DNA of 43,562 nucleotides, taken from NCBI GenBank assembly GCA_016840165.1, contig JAEOSU010000003.1:1-43562 (forward strand), in the 5' to 3' direction. The notes under the pieces are model-generated. The model saw only the letters and a list, made by a program, of their open reading frames with translations. It searched no databases and had not been told where the DNA came from. The position numbers were made by a program, and so were the translations under genes. This DNA comes from Promethearchaeota archaeon. Lineage in GTDB: Archaea; Asgardarchaeota; Lokiarchaeia; Sigyniarchaeales; SOKP01. Below are positions 20,036-29,912 of this stretch, piece by piece; the stretch's first letter is position 1, and the number at the start of each line of letters is the position of its first letter.

Positions 20036-23000
20036 ATGCTAAATAAGGAACAGTTCGCTCAACAAGCATTAAAATTATTAGGAAAGGCACAAAATTTTGA
20101 AGAAAATGGGGATCTCGAAAAAGCTATCGAGATGTACCAGGAATCTGCAGATTATCTTAAAAATAGCGGTATAATGATGGAGAGAATAAGTGATATTTAT
20201 GCTCGAATCGAAGAATTAAAGCAGTTTCGCAAAGAAAAACTGTTATACCAAAAAGCTCAGAAGGATGTAGAAATTGAAAAACTCCAAGAAGAAGCATTTT
20301 CATTATTAGATGGAGCAAGCAAATCTGAGGCGTCAGGATTTTTTGAGACTGCGATCCAACAGTATGAAAGTGCTATTAAATTGCTTTCAAAAGCTGGCTG
20401 GATAGAATCTCAAATACAAAACTTACGTATGAAAATTGCTGGCTTGAAAAACAATATTGAATTGCGTAAAAAAGAAAAAATCCAAAAATCTCAAGAATCC
20501 AGTATATCGGAGCAAGAAACACAAGTATTTCATAAAATCAAGACTCAACCTCAAGTAACTGACGCATTCGGGAGAAAAAAAGATCTTGAACAAGCAGACA
20601 AAGTGCAAAAGTATAAAGAACTTAAAAAACAAGAGGAGCAAATACAAAATGATGCCTTTTCATTTATTGATAATGCAAAATTCTATGAACGCGATGGAGA
20701 ATTTGAGAAAGCAATCGAAAGCTATGGTCAAGCAATAGAACTATTGAAATCGATAGGTTGGCAAGATCAGATGAAAAATATACAAATTATTATTGAGCGA
20801 TTAAAAAGACAGAAGATAGAATTCGAAAAAATGCAAAAAACGCCTCTATCTGAACCAATTATGCCCGAATCGGCAGTTAAATCCTATGTTCCGAGTGAAG
20901 TCAAACAGGATGAAGATTTGATCCAAACTCAAGCATTTAACTTAATTGATATGGCTAAAAAGTTAGAGCGAGAAAAAAAGTATGATAAAGCGATATCGAA
21001 GTTTCAATCAGCTATTGAACTCTTCAAAAAAATCGAATGGGACTCATATATTCAACCTTTACTAAATTTTATTAAGGATATTAGAGATAAGCAACAAAAA
21101 GATGTCGACCTACTACAATTAAAGGAGAAACGAGAAAAAAATATAGAAGACATTCAAAATACAGTTTTTATGAAAGAAATAGATCAATTTGTAGAAACGA
21201 GTAAAGACTTAGAATCGAAAAGATTGATATATGAAAAGAACAAACGAGAGCAAGAAAAAAAGGAAAAAGAGTTTTTTGCAGTATTAGAAAAAGCAGATAA
21301 AAAGTTACAAGAAGATAAAGATTTTAATGCTGCGATTAAGGAATATTATATCGCATTGGAGCTTTTAAATACTTTAGGATCGAGTTGGGAATCCTATACT
21401 GATACAATTAAAACTACAATTAATACAATTAAGAATCTTAAGGAGCAACTAATTGAAAAGGATTTTGAAATAAAACGTAAAGAAGAGGTAAAGAAGAAGG
21501 AGGAATTAAGTTTTCAGCAAAAAATTCTCTCACAATTACAAGTTGAACGTAAAAAGATTAAAGATAAAGAACTCAAAATTGAATTGAAAGAAGATGAATT
21601 GAAATATATAGAGCAACGTAAACAATCAGCATTTGATGCATTAGATGAGGCTCAAAAGTTCATTATGCAAGGTGATTTAGACAATGCGATTTTTGCCTAC
21701 CAAACTGCGGGTAACATTTTCGCAGTTATCCAATGGAATGATGAACTTCCTTTAATTGAAGATGCTATTCATGAATTGGAGGATAGAAAACGTCAACAGG
21801 AATTGAATAAACAAAAGAAATTAGAAAAATCGATTCAACAATTCAAGGAGGAACAAAAGTTTCAAGCTTTAATGGCGAAAAAACTCGCTTCAGAAAGAGA
21901 AGCTCTTAGAGAGAAACAGATTGTTATAAAAGAACAAAAAAAGGAATTAGAATACCGAGAACAAAGAAGAAAGGAAGCATTTAGAATTCTTGAGGAGTCA
22001 GAAATATATCTCGGGCAAGGAGATTATGAAAAAGTATTAGAACAATACAACACCGTTGCGAATATTTTTGCAGAAATACAATGGTATGATGAGGTTGAAC
22101 TAGTTGGCACAGCAATCATAGAAATCGAAAATAAAAAGCGACAGCAGGAGTTAGAAAAGCAAAGAGAGATGGAGAGGTTGCTTGAGAATGAACAGAAGGA
22201 GAGAGCGTTCCAAATGACAATTGCAAAGGCAATGGAAGAAGAAAAACGCAAATACAGACAGAGACAATTGATCTTAAAAGAAAAGGAAAAAGAAAGCCAA
22301 ATAATTGAGGAAAGGAAAGAAAAAGGCTTTTCTTTTCTCGATCAGGCTCAAAATTATTTATCCTTGGGCAAATTTGACCTGGCAATAGATGAATATCGTG
22401 AAGCAGCCAAGATTTTCGCACAAATAGGTTGGAGGAATGAAATTCCTCTAATTATGGACTCTATTCAAAAAATTGAAGCAAAAAAGAAGGAGAAAGAAAT
22501 TTGGAAACAACAAGCAATACAAAAATCGTTAAAGGAAGAACAAGAAGCAAGAGAATTTATGGCAAAAATCGTAGAAAGTAGGGAAATGGAGAGAAAAACA
22601 TTAGAAGCAAAACAGATCGAATTAGAAGAAGAAAAAAAAATTTCCACCGAAACTAAAGCGCAAGAAGATACCGCATTTCAATTGATAGAACAAGCAGATA
22701 TGTATCTAACAAATGAAAAGTTCGATCAAGCACTTGAATTGTATGAAGAAGCTAGTTCTATATTAAATACCATAGGTTGGACCAAATCTTATTTAACGCT
22801 ATTACAGGATTCTATCCAAAAAGTCAAATCGCGTAAAATTGAAACTGAAGAAAGGAAGAGAAAAGAGCGTCAAAATAGAATTAAAAAGATGGAAGAAGAC
22901 AGGAAGTTTGAACTCAAGATTTATGAGCAACTCGAAAATGAAAAAGAACGATTAAAAGCGAAAAAGATTGAAATTCAAAAGCGGGAAGTTTTATTGCGGG

Positions 23001-24967
23001 AAGTAGAGAATCTAAAAGAAGAAGCATTTAGTTTGATGGATAAAGCTGAACTATTGCTAAATCAGGGATTATATGATCAATCGATTGAGTTGTACCATCA
23101 AGCAGAAATGGTATTAAGTGAAATACAATTTCCGACCGATCCTATTCGGGGAATGATAGACAAAATAAAATCGAAAAAACGGGAAGATCAACTATCCAAG
23201 CAATATGAAATGGAAATGAAGCAGAAAAAGTTAGTAGAGGAACAAAAGTTTCAAGAAGAAGTGACCGCGAATATGAAGCTTGAAGCGGAGAAGATGCAAG
23301 AGAAGGAAATTAAATTAAGAGAACGGGAAGAACTTCGAAGCTATATGGAAACAAGAAAGCAGGATGCATTCGACTTGTTAGAGCAAGCTGAATCCTTTCT
23401 AAGACTGGGTCAATATGAAAAATCATTGGAATATTATCGCAGTGCTGAACTTATCCTAAATGAAATTCGGTTTCCAACAGATTCTTTGAAAGAAACTATA
23501 CTAAAAGTCTTAGAAAAACAAAAACAGAAAAAATTAGACCAACAACTAGAATTAGAACGGCGCCTTCAAAGAGAAAAAGAAGAAAGGAAATTTAAACACT
23601 TAATCAGTGAAAATTTATCTCGAGAAAAGGAGAGAATTAAAACCAAAAAGGTAGAAATGGAGAAATTACAACAATTAAAATTTAAAGTTGAAGAGAACAA
23701 AGAGAGGGCTTTTGAATTCTTAGACAAAGCAGAAATTAATTTGAAAAACCAAGAATATGATAATTCTATTGAAAATTATCGAAAAGCGATGACGATATTA
23801 AACGAAATTCAGTTTCCCACTAATATCATCAATGATATGATATTTAAAGTTATGAAATTAAAGAAAGATCAAGCTATCGAGAAAGAGGGGACACTGCGTA
23901 AGCAACTTGAAAAAATGGAAGAAGAGAGGAAGTTAAACGCAATTTTAGAAGAGAGAAAACAACAGGAGATCACGAAAAAAGTTGCTCAACAATTAGCGAT
24001 TCAAGAGAGAGAAAATGTAGTAGAAAAACAATTAAATTATAGAGAAGCGGCTTATTCGTTACTCGATGAGGCGGGAAAATTTTTAAAAATACCTATACCG
24101 GATTATGATAAAGCAATATCACTTTATATTCAATCTCGAGATTTATTACAGGAAAAAATAGGATGGGAGCCAGAAATTAATAACCTAAATGTGTTAATAA
24201 AAGATTTGATACAAGAAAGAGAAAAACTCGCAGAAAAGAAGAGACTTGAAGAGGAAATACGATTAAAACGCCAGAGAGAGTATGAATTATTCCAAGAGGA
24301 AATAAAAAAGAGAAAAGATGAATATCTTAGACAGAAAAGAGAGCAACAAGAGAAAACAAGACAATTATTAGTGAAAAGGCAACTAGAAAAACAAACCAGT
24401 GAAGAAGGATTAAGTCTACTTGATCAAGCAAGAAATTTATTATCTCAAAATGATTTCGACGGAGCCATTCAGAGTTTTCAAAATGCAATTAAGAAATTTA
24501 ATGAGATCGGATGGAATGACCAAATTCTTTATATTAAAGAGGAGATCGAAAATATCAAGAAGCTACACCAAAAATTCTTAAAAGAAGAATTGGAAATACA
24601 AAAATTACATGAAGAGCTCAAACTTAAAAAGGAGTTCGAGGAAGAGAGGTTACTCTTAAAAGAAAAACAAATACAAAAATCAGTCGGAGAGGTTGGAGAC
24701 CTAACGGGAGATATTTCGAATATGATATCCGATTACAAAAAGCAAGCCAAATTGAGAGAAAAAACAAGAAAAGAAAGTATCAAATCCGAAGCAAAGGAAT
24801 TTAGTAAAAGTATGGGGAAAATGATACAATTAAAACAGGATCTAAAGAATGAATTGACTGAATCAAAAAGATCTAAGGAGAGAAAGAAAGAAGAGGAAGA
24901 ACTGGCAAAGGATAAAGAGAAGGCAGATGAAATTAAGAAGATGTTAAAAGATATGAAAAAAAAATAA
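20036..24967 (+). CDS. Giant helical repeat protein: 14 MIT/TPR-like units joined by E/K/R-rich helices
   Basis: Recurring AFxxxDxAx6(G)x(Y/F)DxAIxxYxxAx6I(GW/QW/QFP) motif counted 14 times; no TM segment or catalytic motif seen. Confidence 0.8.
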   Translation: MLNKEQFAQQALKLLGKAQNFEENGDLEKAIEMYQESADYLKNSGIMMERISDIYARIEELKQFRKEKLLYQKAQKDVEIEKLQEEAFSLLDGASKSEASGFFETAIQQYESAIKLLSKAGWIESQIQNLRMKIAGLKNNIELRKKEKIQKSQESSISEQETQVFHKIKTQPQVTDAFGRKKDLEQADKVQKYKELKKQEEQIQNDAFSFIDNAKFYERDGEFEKAIESYGQAIELLKSIGWQDQMKNIQIIIERLKRQKIEFEKMQKTPLSEPIMPESAVKSYVPSEVKQDEDLIQTQAFNLIDMAKKLEREKKYDKAISKFQSAIELFKKIEWDSYIQPLLNFIKDIRDKQQKDVDLLQLKEKREKNIEDIQNTVFMKEIDQFVETSKDLESKRLIYEKNKREQEKKEKEFFAVLEKADKKLQEDKDFNAAIKEYYIALELLNTLGSSWESYTDTIKTTINTIKNLKEQLIEKDFEIKRKEEVKKKEELSFQQKILSQLQVERKKIKDKELKIELKEDELKYIEQRKQSAFDALDEAQKFIMQGDLDNAIFAYQTAGNIFAVIQWNDELPLIEDAIHELEDRKRQQELNKQKKLEKSIQQFKEEQKFQALMAKKLASEREALREKQIVIKEQKKELEYREQRRKEAFRILEESEIYLGQGDYEKVLEQYNTVANIFAEIQWYDEVELVGTAIIEIENKKRQQELEKQREMERLLENEQKERAFQMTIAKAMEEEKRKYRQRQLILKEKEKESQIIEERKEKGFSFLDQAQNYLSLGKFDLAIDEYREAAKIFAQIGWRNEIPLIMDSIQKIEAKKKEKEIWKQQAIQKSLKEEQEAREFMAKIVESREMERKTLEAKQIELEEEKKISTETKAQEDTAFQLIEQADMYLTNEKFDQALELYEEASSILNTIGWTKSYLTLLQDSIQKVKSRKIETEERKRKERQNRIKKMEEDRKFELKIYEQLENEKERLKAKKIEIQKREVLLREVENLKEEAFSLMDKAELLLNQGLYDQSIELYHQAEMVLSEIQFPTDPIRGMIDKIKSKKREDQLSKQYEMEMKQKKLVEEQKFQEEVTANMKLEAEKMQEKEIKLREREELRSYMETRKQDAFDLLEQAESFLRLGQYEKSLEYYRSAELILNEIRFPTDSLKETILKVLEKQKQKKLDQQLELERRLQREKEERKFKHLISENLSREKERIKTKKVEMEKLQQLKFKVEENKERAFEFLDKAEINLKNQEYDNSIENYRKAMTILNEIQFPTNIINDMIFKVMKLKKDQAIEKEGTLRKQLEKMEEERKLNAILEERKQQEITKKVAQQLAIQERENVVEKQLNYREAAYSLLDEAGKFLKIPIPDYDKAISLYIQSRDLLQEKIGWEPEINNLNVLIKDLIQEREKLAEKKRLEEEIRLKRQREYELFQEEIKKRKDEYLRQKREQQEKTRQLLVKRQLEKQTSEEGLSLLDQARNLLSQNDFDGAIQSFQNAIKKFNEIGWNDQILYIKEEIENIKKLHQKFLKEELEIQKLHEELKLKKEFEEERLLLKEKQIQKSVGEVGDLTGDISNMISDYKKQAKLREKTRKESIKSEAKEFSKSMGKMIQLKQDLKNELTESKRSKERKKEEEELAKDKEKADEIKKMLKDMKKK

Positions 24968-25078
24968 AAACCAATTAGATTTAGCTCTATACTTCTTTTA
25001 TGAGCACTACAAGAATTTAAATTATGCTAAATTGATAATATATATAATATTACTATATAAAAATTTTAGAGTGGTAAA

Positions 25079-26662
25079 ATGTCTGAAAAGAATGACCAGA
25101 TCTTTAAGGCGAGAATGTTTGCTCGCCAACAACTGATTGACGGATGGAACCAAGACATCATGGATAATGGATGTATCATGATTGTGGGAGTTGGTGCCCT
25201 TGGATGTGAAATTGCAAAAGATTTTGCCTTAATGGGTATAGGTAAATTAGTGTTGGTAGATTTAGATACTGTAGAAACTTCAAATCTGTCTCGACAGATG
25301 CTTTTCAAACCAGGAGATGAGGGTCGTCCAAAAGCAGAGGTTGCTGCAGAGCGTTTAAGAGAAATGAACCCTTATTTAAAGGTCGATTTCTATTTTGAAA
25401 AGCTTCAAAAATTACCAATGTCAGTATTTGAGGAATGTGATGTGATTATTGCGGCGTTGGATAACTTTAATGCTAGATTAGATTTAAATAAAATCTGCTT
25501 GAGACTGAAAAAGCCAATGGTGGAAGGAGGCACAGTTGGGTTTGAAGGTCATGTTCAAATTGTAATTCCTGAGGGATCGGGTTTAGAATATAAAGTCAGA
25601 GAGACTGAAGTTGAAAAAGTGGTCGATCAGAAGCTCTGGGAACTTTCAGAAAACGATTATCCAACATATTTCGAAGCATTACAGGAAATCGAAAGGTTAG
25701 AGGATCAAATTGACCGAATTAGAAGCAATCATATTGATCCTGTTAAAGATCAAATAAGAAAACAGGTTGAAGCGGAATTTGATAAAGTATATGCAAAAAA
25801 AGTTTTAGATTTAACTCCTTGTTATCGATGTTTGGTACCTATACCACCTGCTGATGATAAGCTTGTTGCTGCATGTACCTTGAAAGGACTTCCACGAAAT
25901 AGAAATCATTGTGTTATCAAGGCAGAAGTTAATTTTGAGAAAGAATATGGATTTAAACCTGATATGGCCGTTGATGAAGATGTATTTAAGTTAAAAGCTC
26001 TTGCTCAGCAAGAACTTGAAGAATTGCGTCAACGGGTATTTAATGAAAATGTACCTCCCGAAAAATTAGAAACGTTAACCCAGACTGAAATTCAAGAATG
26101 GAAAGATAATATCAAAGCCACTTTTGGTACAGATTTCAAATTTGAGGAGATGGAAAATATTCTCGGGAATAAGATCGCAGCCATCCAATCGGTAAGTTCT
26201 ATTATTTCAAGCATTCAATCTCAAGAGGCATTAAAGCTTTTATTTCGATTACATGGAAGAAACATTGGTCCTCCCATGAACCCTCCCTATGTCAACTATA
26301 ATGGAGTTTATGGACAATTTGACCATTTAGATATCATTAAACGAGATGACTGTCTTGCATGTGGTGATATTGAAGGTGAGGAGAATATCCAACTAGTTGT
26401 ACCGTTTGATGCAGATATCGGTTACATCTTTAAAGCAATGCGAATAATTGGACATGAAATTGAGCCTATATTGTGGATGATGACGAACCCTATAACTAAA
26501 GAATTGTATTGGAATCCATATATGCCTTCAATGAAGGATCCGAGTGTGAAATTAAATGCATTAAAAATTAAAAATAACGATATCATTATTCTCACTCCTT
26601 TAGGGAAAGCAAAATTAGAATCTGAAATCAAGAAATATAATATCGTTATTACCTATATGTAG
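25079..26662 (+). CDS. Ubiquitin-like-protein activating enzyme E1 (ThiF family, UBA2/UBA3-like)
   Basis: GVGALG, DTVETSNLSRQ, ALDN, CYRC and CLAC Zn motifs, candidate catalytic Cys266 in ACTLKGLPRNRNHC, C-terminal ubiquitin-fold-like extension. Confidence 0.9.
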   Translation: MSEKNDQIFKARMFARQQLIDGWNQDIMDNGCIMIVGVGALGCEIAKDFALMGIGKLVLVDLDTVETSNLSRQMLFKPGDEGRPKAEVAAERLREMNPYLKVDFYFEKLQKLPMSVFEECDVIIAALDNFNARLDLNKICLRLKKPMVEGGTVGFEGHVQIVIPEGSGLEYKVRETEVEKVVDQKLWELSENDYPTYFEALQEIERLEDQIDRIRSNHIDPVKDQIRKQVEAEFDKVYAKKVLDLTPCYRCLVPIPPADDKLVAACTLKGLPRNRNHCVIKAEVNFEKEYGFKPDMAVDEDVFKLKALAQQELEELRQRVFNENVPPEKLETLTQTEIQEWKDNIKATFGTDFKFEEMENILGNKIAAIQSVSSIISSIQSQEALKLLFRLHGRNIGPPMNPPYVNYNGVYGQFDHLDIIKRDDCLACGDIEGEENIQLVVPFDADIGYIFKAMRIIGHEIEPILWMMTNPITKELYWNPYMPSMKDPSVKLNALKIKNNDIIILTPLGKAKLESEIKKYNIVITYM

Positions 26663-26673
26663 AAAAAAATAAT

Positions 26674-27282
26674 CTAATTTATTTTTCTCTTTACAAGATC
26701 TATTAGCACATCAATAAAGTATACATCAATTTCAGCATTTTTACCCGTTTCAATATCATTTTCTAAATCTCCAAAAAAGACCATTTCCTGCTTTTGTAGA
26801 TTAAAATGATTCTTTATCATGATTAATCCTTCGGGATTTGGTTTCCAACTCCTTACATCCTCTCTTCCGATAACTAAATCAAAGAAATCTTCAATCCCCA
26901 CTAATTCAAGTGATTTTTTAATAGTTCGTCTAGTATTGAGAGAAAGAATTGCTAATTTAGTTTCTCCTTTTACTCCAAACTGTTCTTTGTGCTTTATAAA
27001 ATAGATAATCTCTTCGATTGGAGTCGTATCTTGGATATGTTTCATCTCATAGGTTCGGATGATATCAAAAAAGTTTAGTAATTCCTGTTCGTCATTTTTA
27101 TTCACTATTTCACTTAAACATCCCGAGATGCTCCAAAACTCACAAGAATCACCATATAACTCTATATATCGTTTTTTTAGGATATTTTTTAAGGTTGGCC
27201 AATCAGCAGTTAAGTTGACAATAGTGCCATCTAAATCAAAAACAATGACTTTTTTATTTTTTAAGAAGTTAATATCATCCAT
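26674..27282 (-). CDS. HAD-superfamily hydrolase (phosphoglycolate phosphatase-like)
   Basis: FDLDGT, LSLN, KPNPEG, GDLEND motifs I-IV. Confidence 0.9.
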   Translation of the reverse strand: MDDINFLKNKKVIVFDLDGTIVNLTADWPTLKNILKKRYIELYGDSCEFWSISGCLSEIVNKNDEQELLNFFDIIRTYEMKHIQDTTPIEEIIYFIKHKEQFGVKGETKLAILSLNTRRTIKKSLELVGIEDFFDLVIGREDVRSWKPNPEGLIMIKNHFNLQKQEMVFFGDLENDIETGKNAEIDVYFIDVLIDLVKRKIN

Positions 27283-27340
27283 TTCTTATTTCAATAAGTT
27301 CTTATTCTTAAATTTTTTTTCCTATTTTTAATTAAAAAGA

Positions 27341-27784
27341 TCATCTTTCTAAGGTATAAATCGTATCACAATATTTATCTCCTGCAGCTACTGTCTTTTT
27401 GATAGCAAGCTTGATATCTTCACTTACGGCAGTTCGAAAATATTCAGCATCAATTTCCATCACAGCTTCACAAAGTTCTCTTGAAGTATTTTCTAGTCCA
27501 AAAGGACATTTAGTTCCTTGGATTTGGAAGACTGAATCAGATAATTCTACAACATTGATTTCGTCGGGATTATAACTTTTATAAAATGCGGTAGCAACTG
27601 TTGATAGGCAATTATCGGGTAATTTCTTTTTGATTTTTAATCCTAGAGAGCGCCCTTGTTTCTTGCAGATTCCTTTTATTATTGGTAATGCTTCTTTTCC
27701 AAATTTTTTATAAAATGCCTTTATTAGCATACCCTGAGCTTCTATCGCGTTTCTTGGAAAATTCTCATTATTTTTTTCTTTCAT
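27341..27784 (-). CDS. ATC-hydrolase/V4R-like small ligand- or metal-binding protein
   Basis: KCPF, LCEAVMEID, KTVAAGDKYC Cys pattern; GRSLG helix. Confidence 0.65.
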   Translation of the reverse strand: MKEKNNENFPRNAIEAQGMLIKAFYKKFGKEALPIIKGICKKQGRSLGLKIKKKLPDNCLSTVATAFYKSYNPDEINVVELSDSVFQIQGTKCPFGLENTSRELCEAVMEIDAEYFRTAVSEDIKLAIKKTVAAGDKYCDTIYTLER

Positions 27785-27852
27785 GTTTCCACCTAATTAA
27801 ATTTAATTTAAGTAAAATAAAAAGAAGTAAATTAAGAAATCTTTAATTTGCT

Positions 27853-28362
27853 TTAGTCCATGGCATATTTCTTAGCCCAGGACTCTGCTTTACTCTCGAA
27901 CTTTTTCAGAGCTCTGAAGTATTGTTCTCCAGCTTCATGATTAAGTGGATCACCAGGATTAAAGAAGGGAGGTTCTACATGCATCATTCCTTTTAACGCT
28001 TCGATGATATTTGTAAGCGTTTTTGATGGTGTCCAACCAGAAGCACCAGTGGAGGCATCTACTTTACCCACAAGGTCGGGATTAATTAGATCTAAACAAA
28101 TATTTAATTTACCAGGTGGAATGGAAGAATCAATATTCGGATGCCACATGAGTGTCACCGCGTACGCATAAGGCGGTTGGAAGGGATAATTTTCAGGAAA
28201 CTTAATTTCGAATATAAATCGTCCCTTTGCATAGGGAGTACCTTCTTTACCAATAATAGTCAGCCGTAAATGGTCGATACTTCTACCCCATGGTTCAACA
28301 ATTACGTATTCATCATCCTTATACGCTTCAATTGCCTCAGTATAATCGGTCTCTTCTCTCAT
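27853..28362 (-). CDS. Ubiquitin-conjugating enzyme E2
   Basis: GTPYAKGRF, FPENYPFQPP, HPNID, active-site ICLDL (Cys89), WTP, NPGDPLN. Confidence 0.95.
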   Translation of the reverse strand: MREETDYTEAIEAYKDDEYVIVEPWGRSIDHLRLTIIGKEGTPYAKGRFIFEIKFPENYPFQPPYAYAVTLMWHPNIDSSIPPGKLNICLDLINPDLVGKVDASTGASGWTPSKTLTNIIEALKGMMHVEPPFFNPGDPLNHEAGEQYFRALKKFESKAESWAKKYAMD

Positions 28363-28594
28363 AGTAAACTCTCCTCATATATATTCATATTGAGATTGTA
28401 TTCTAAATTAAGATAATGTCTATTATAATTTTTTATTACATAACTAGTTTGAGTTTTCTTTAAAAAATATTGCGTAAATTGTAACTTTTCTTTTAAAAAG
28501 TATAATTAAGAAAAAAAGATAAGATACAAAAATTCTTAATTTACGATTTTAAAAGTTATGTTTAACCTTAGTTAAAAATATAAAGACCCATTAC

Positions 28595-29740
28595 TCAGCG
28601 AAATTTTTTAGATTTTCTATTAATTATTATTATTACGATCGAAGCGATTATCAAGCACAGCACCCAAATGTTAAAGCTCGGTATGAATTTGTAGGTGATT
28701 TCACAGGTATTATTTTCTAAAGTGTTAAACTCAGTATCAGTTTCAAGAATGCATATCTCATAATAAGTAATATAATTATACATCACGGTACTATAATTAC
28801 TTTTATATAAGCGAATGCCGTAAAGGTTTCGGATCAAGGAATTATTTAATACATTATTACCCAAACTCTCGCGAAGGTCTATCCCGTATCTGCTATTATC
28901 GGATATTGCGTTCTTTACAATTGAATTGTTAGAACTATCGTGCCATAGTGCGATTCCGTCTTGATACTCATTGTAATAACTATTCGTTAATACATTTTCG
29001 ATAATAGCATTATAATAACAGTTTTCGATAAATGCAACACCAATACTAAATGATCGGGAAAGAGTATTGTTAAAAATTACACAATTCTTTATTGAATAAC
29101 TCACTATTCCCCAACTATTTTCTTCTAGGATATTATTATCGATTTCTGTATAGTTACAATTCTCTAATTGAATACCATAGTACGAATTTATTATATAGTT
29201 CTCTCGAACGGAGGAATTAGAGCATATTTCTAAACGAATAGAGCGAGGGACTGAATGCATTTCGGAACAATTAATATAGTTTGAGATCACTGAATTATTG
29301 AACGAATTTTTTATGAATATTGAATACCGAATGAAGGAAAAAGAGTTATTAATTAATAATCCATTAGAGGCATTTACTAACTTGATTCCAGTATCTTGGC
29401 TCTGAGAAGCATTAGATGTAAAGGTACAATTCTCGATGATGAATGGTTCTGTGGTGTTTGCAACAGTCAGTCCAGTCTCATTATTTATGATGAAAGAGAG
29501 ATTTTTCACTTTATATGAGCCGCTCTCAAAAGAACACCAGTCGTATAATAAGGCTGTCTCAGACCAATTGGTAATTATAATAGGTGAATCTGATAAGCTT
29601 AAGCCCTCAAAATGATTAACCTTTCTTAGCGATGATCTATCTAATCTGGTATCATGAGTGATTAATGGAATTAAAATAAGGATTATGAGTAATACATAAA
29701 TTAAATACTGTATACTGAATTTCCTATTGAATTTGCTCAT
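28595..29740 (-). CDS. Secreted/surface right-handed beta-helix (NosD-like) protein with C-terminal sorting/anchor segment
   Basis: N-terminal hydrophobic signal, GIxL..S.NN.I..N repeats, many N-x-S/T sequons, C-terminal IPSF + TM helix + basic tail. Confidence 0.85.
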   Translation of the reverse strand: MSKFNRKFSIQYLIYVLLIILILIPLITHDTRLDRSSLRKVNHFEGLSLSDSPIIITNWSETALLYDWCSFESGSYKVKNLSFIINNETGLTVANTTEPFIIENCTFTSNASQSQDTGIKLVNASNGLLINNSFSFIRYSIFIKNSFNNSVISNYINCSEMHSVPRSIRLEICSNSSVRENYIINSYYGIQLENCNYTEIDNNILEENSWGIVSYSIKNCVIFNNTLSRSFSIGVAFIENCYYNAIIENVLTNSYYNEYQDGIALWHDSSNNSIVKNAISDNSRYGIDLRESLGNNVLNNSLIRNLYGIRLYKSNYSTVMYNYITYYEICILETDTEFNTLENNTCEITYKFIPSFNIWVLCLIIASIVIIIINRKSKKFR

Positions 29741-29883
29741 TTTTAATTTATAAATAACAAGCTTCGTATTAATAATTTAACTATAATTGCAAATAGAACA
29801 TTTAATCCAATTGTGAAAATCTTGCTATAAGTTAAAAATCAATTCTGGGATTGAAAATCGTAAAAAATATATTAATTCCTATA

Positions 29884-29891
29884 TTTAAAAA
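29884..29891 (+). promoter_or_regulatory. Probable TATA box of the tRNA-Tyr gene
   Basis: TTTAAAAA 22-29 nt upstream of the mature tRNA 5' end; weak evidence in AT-rich DNA. Confidence 0.4.
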
Positions 29892-29912
29892 AATAATAGC
29901 AATACATAACAT

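Noticed and set aside
25577-25813. Intein in E1
   Set aside because: No C-terminal HN plus nucleophile junction or other Hint motifs; the insert is a charged helix.
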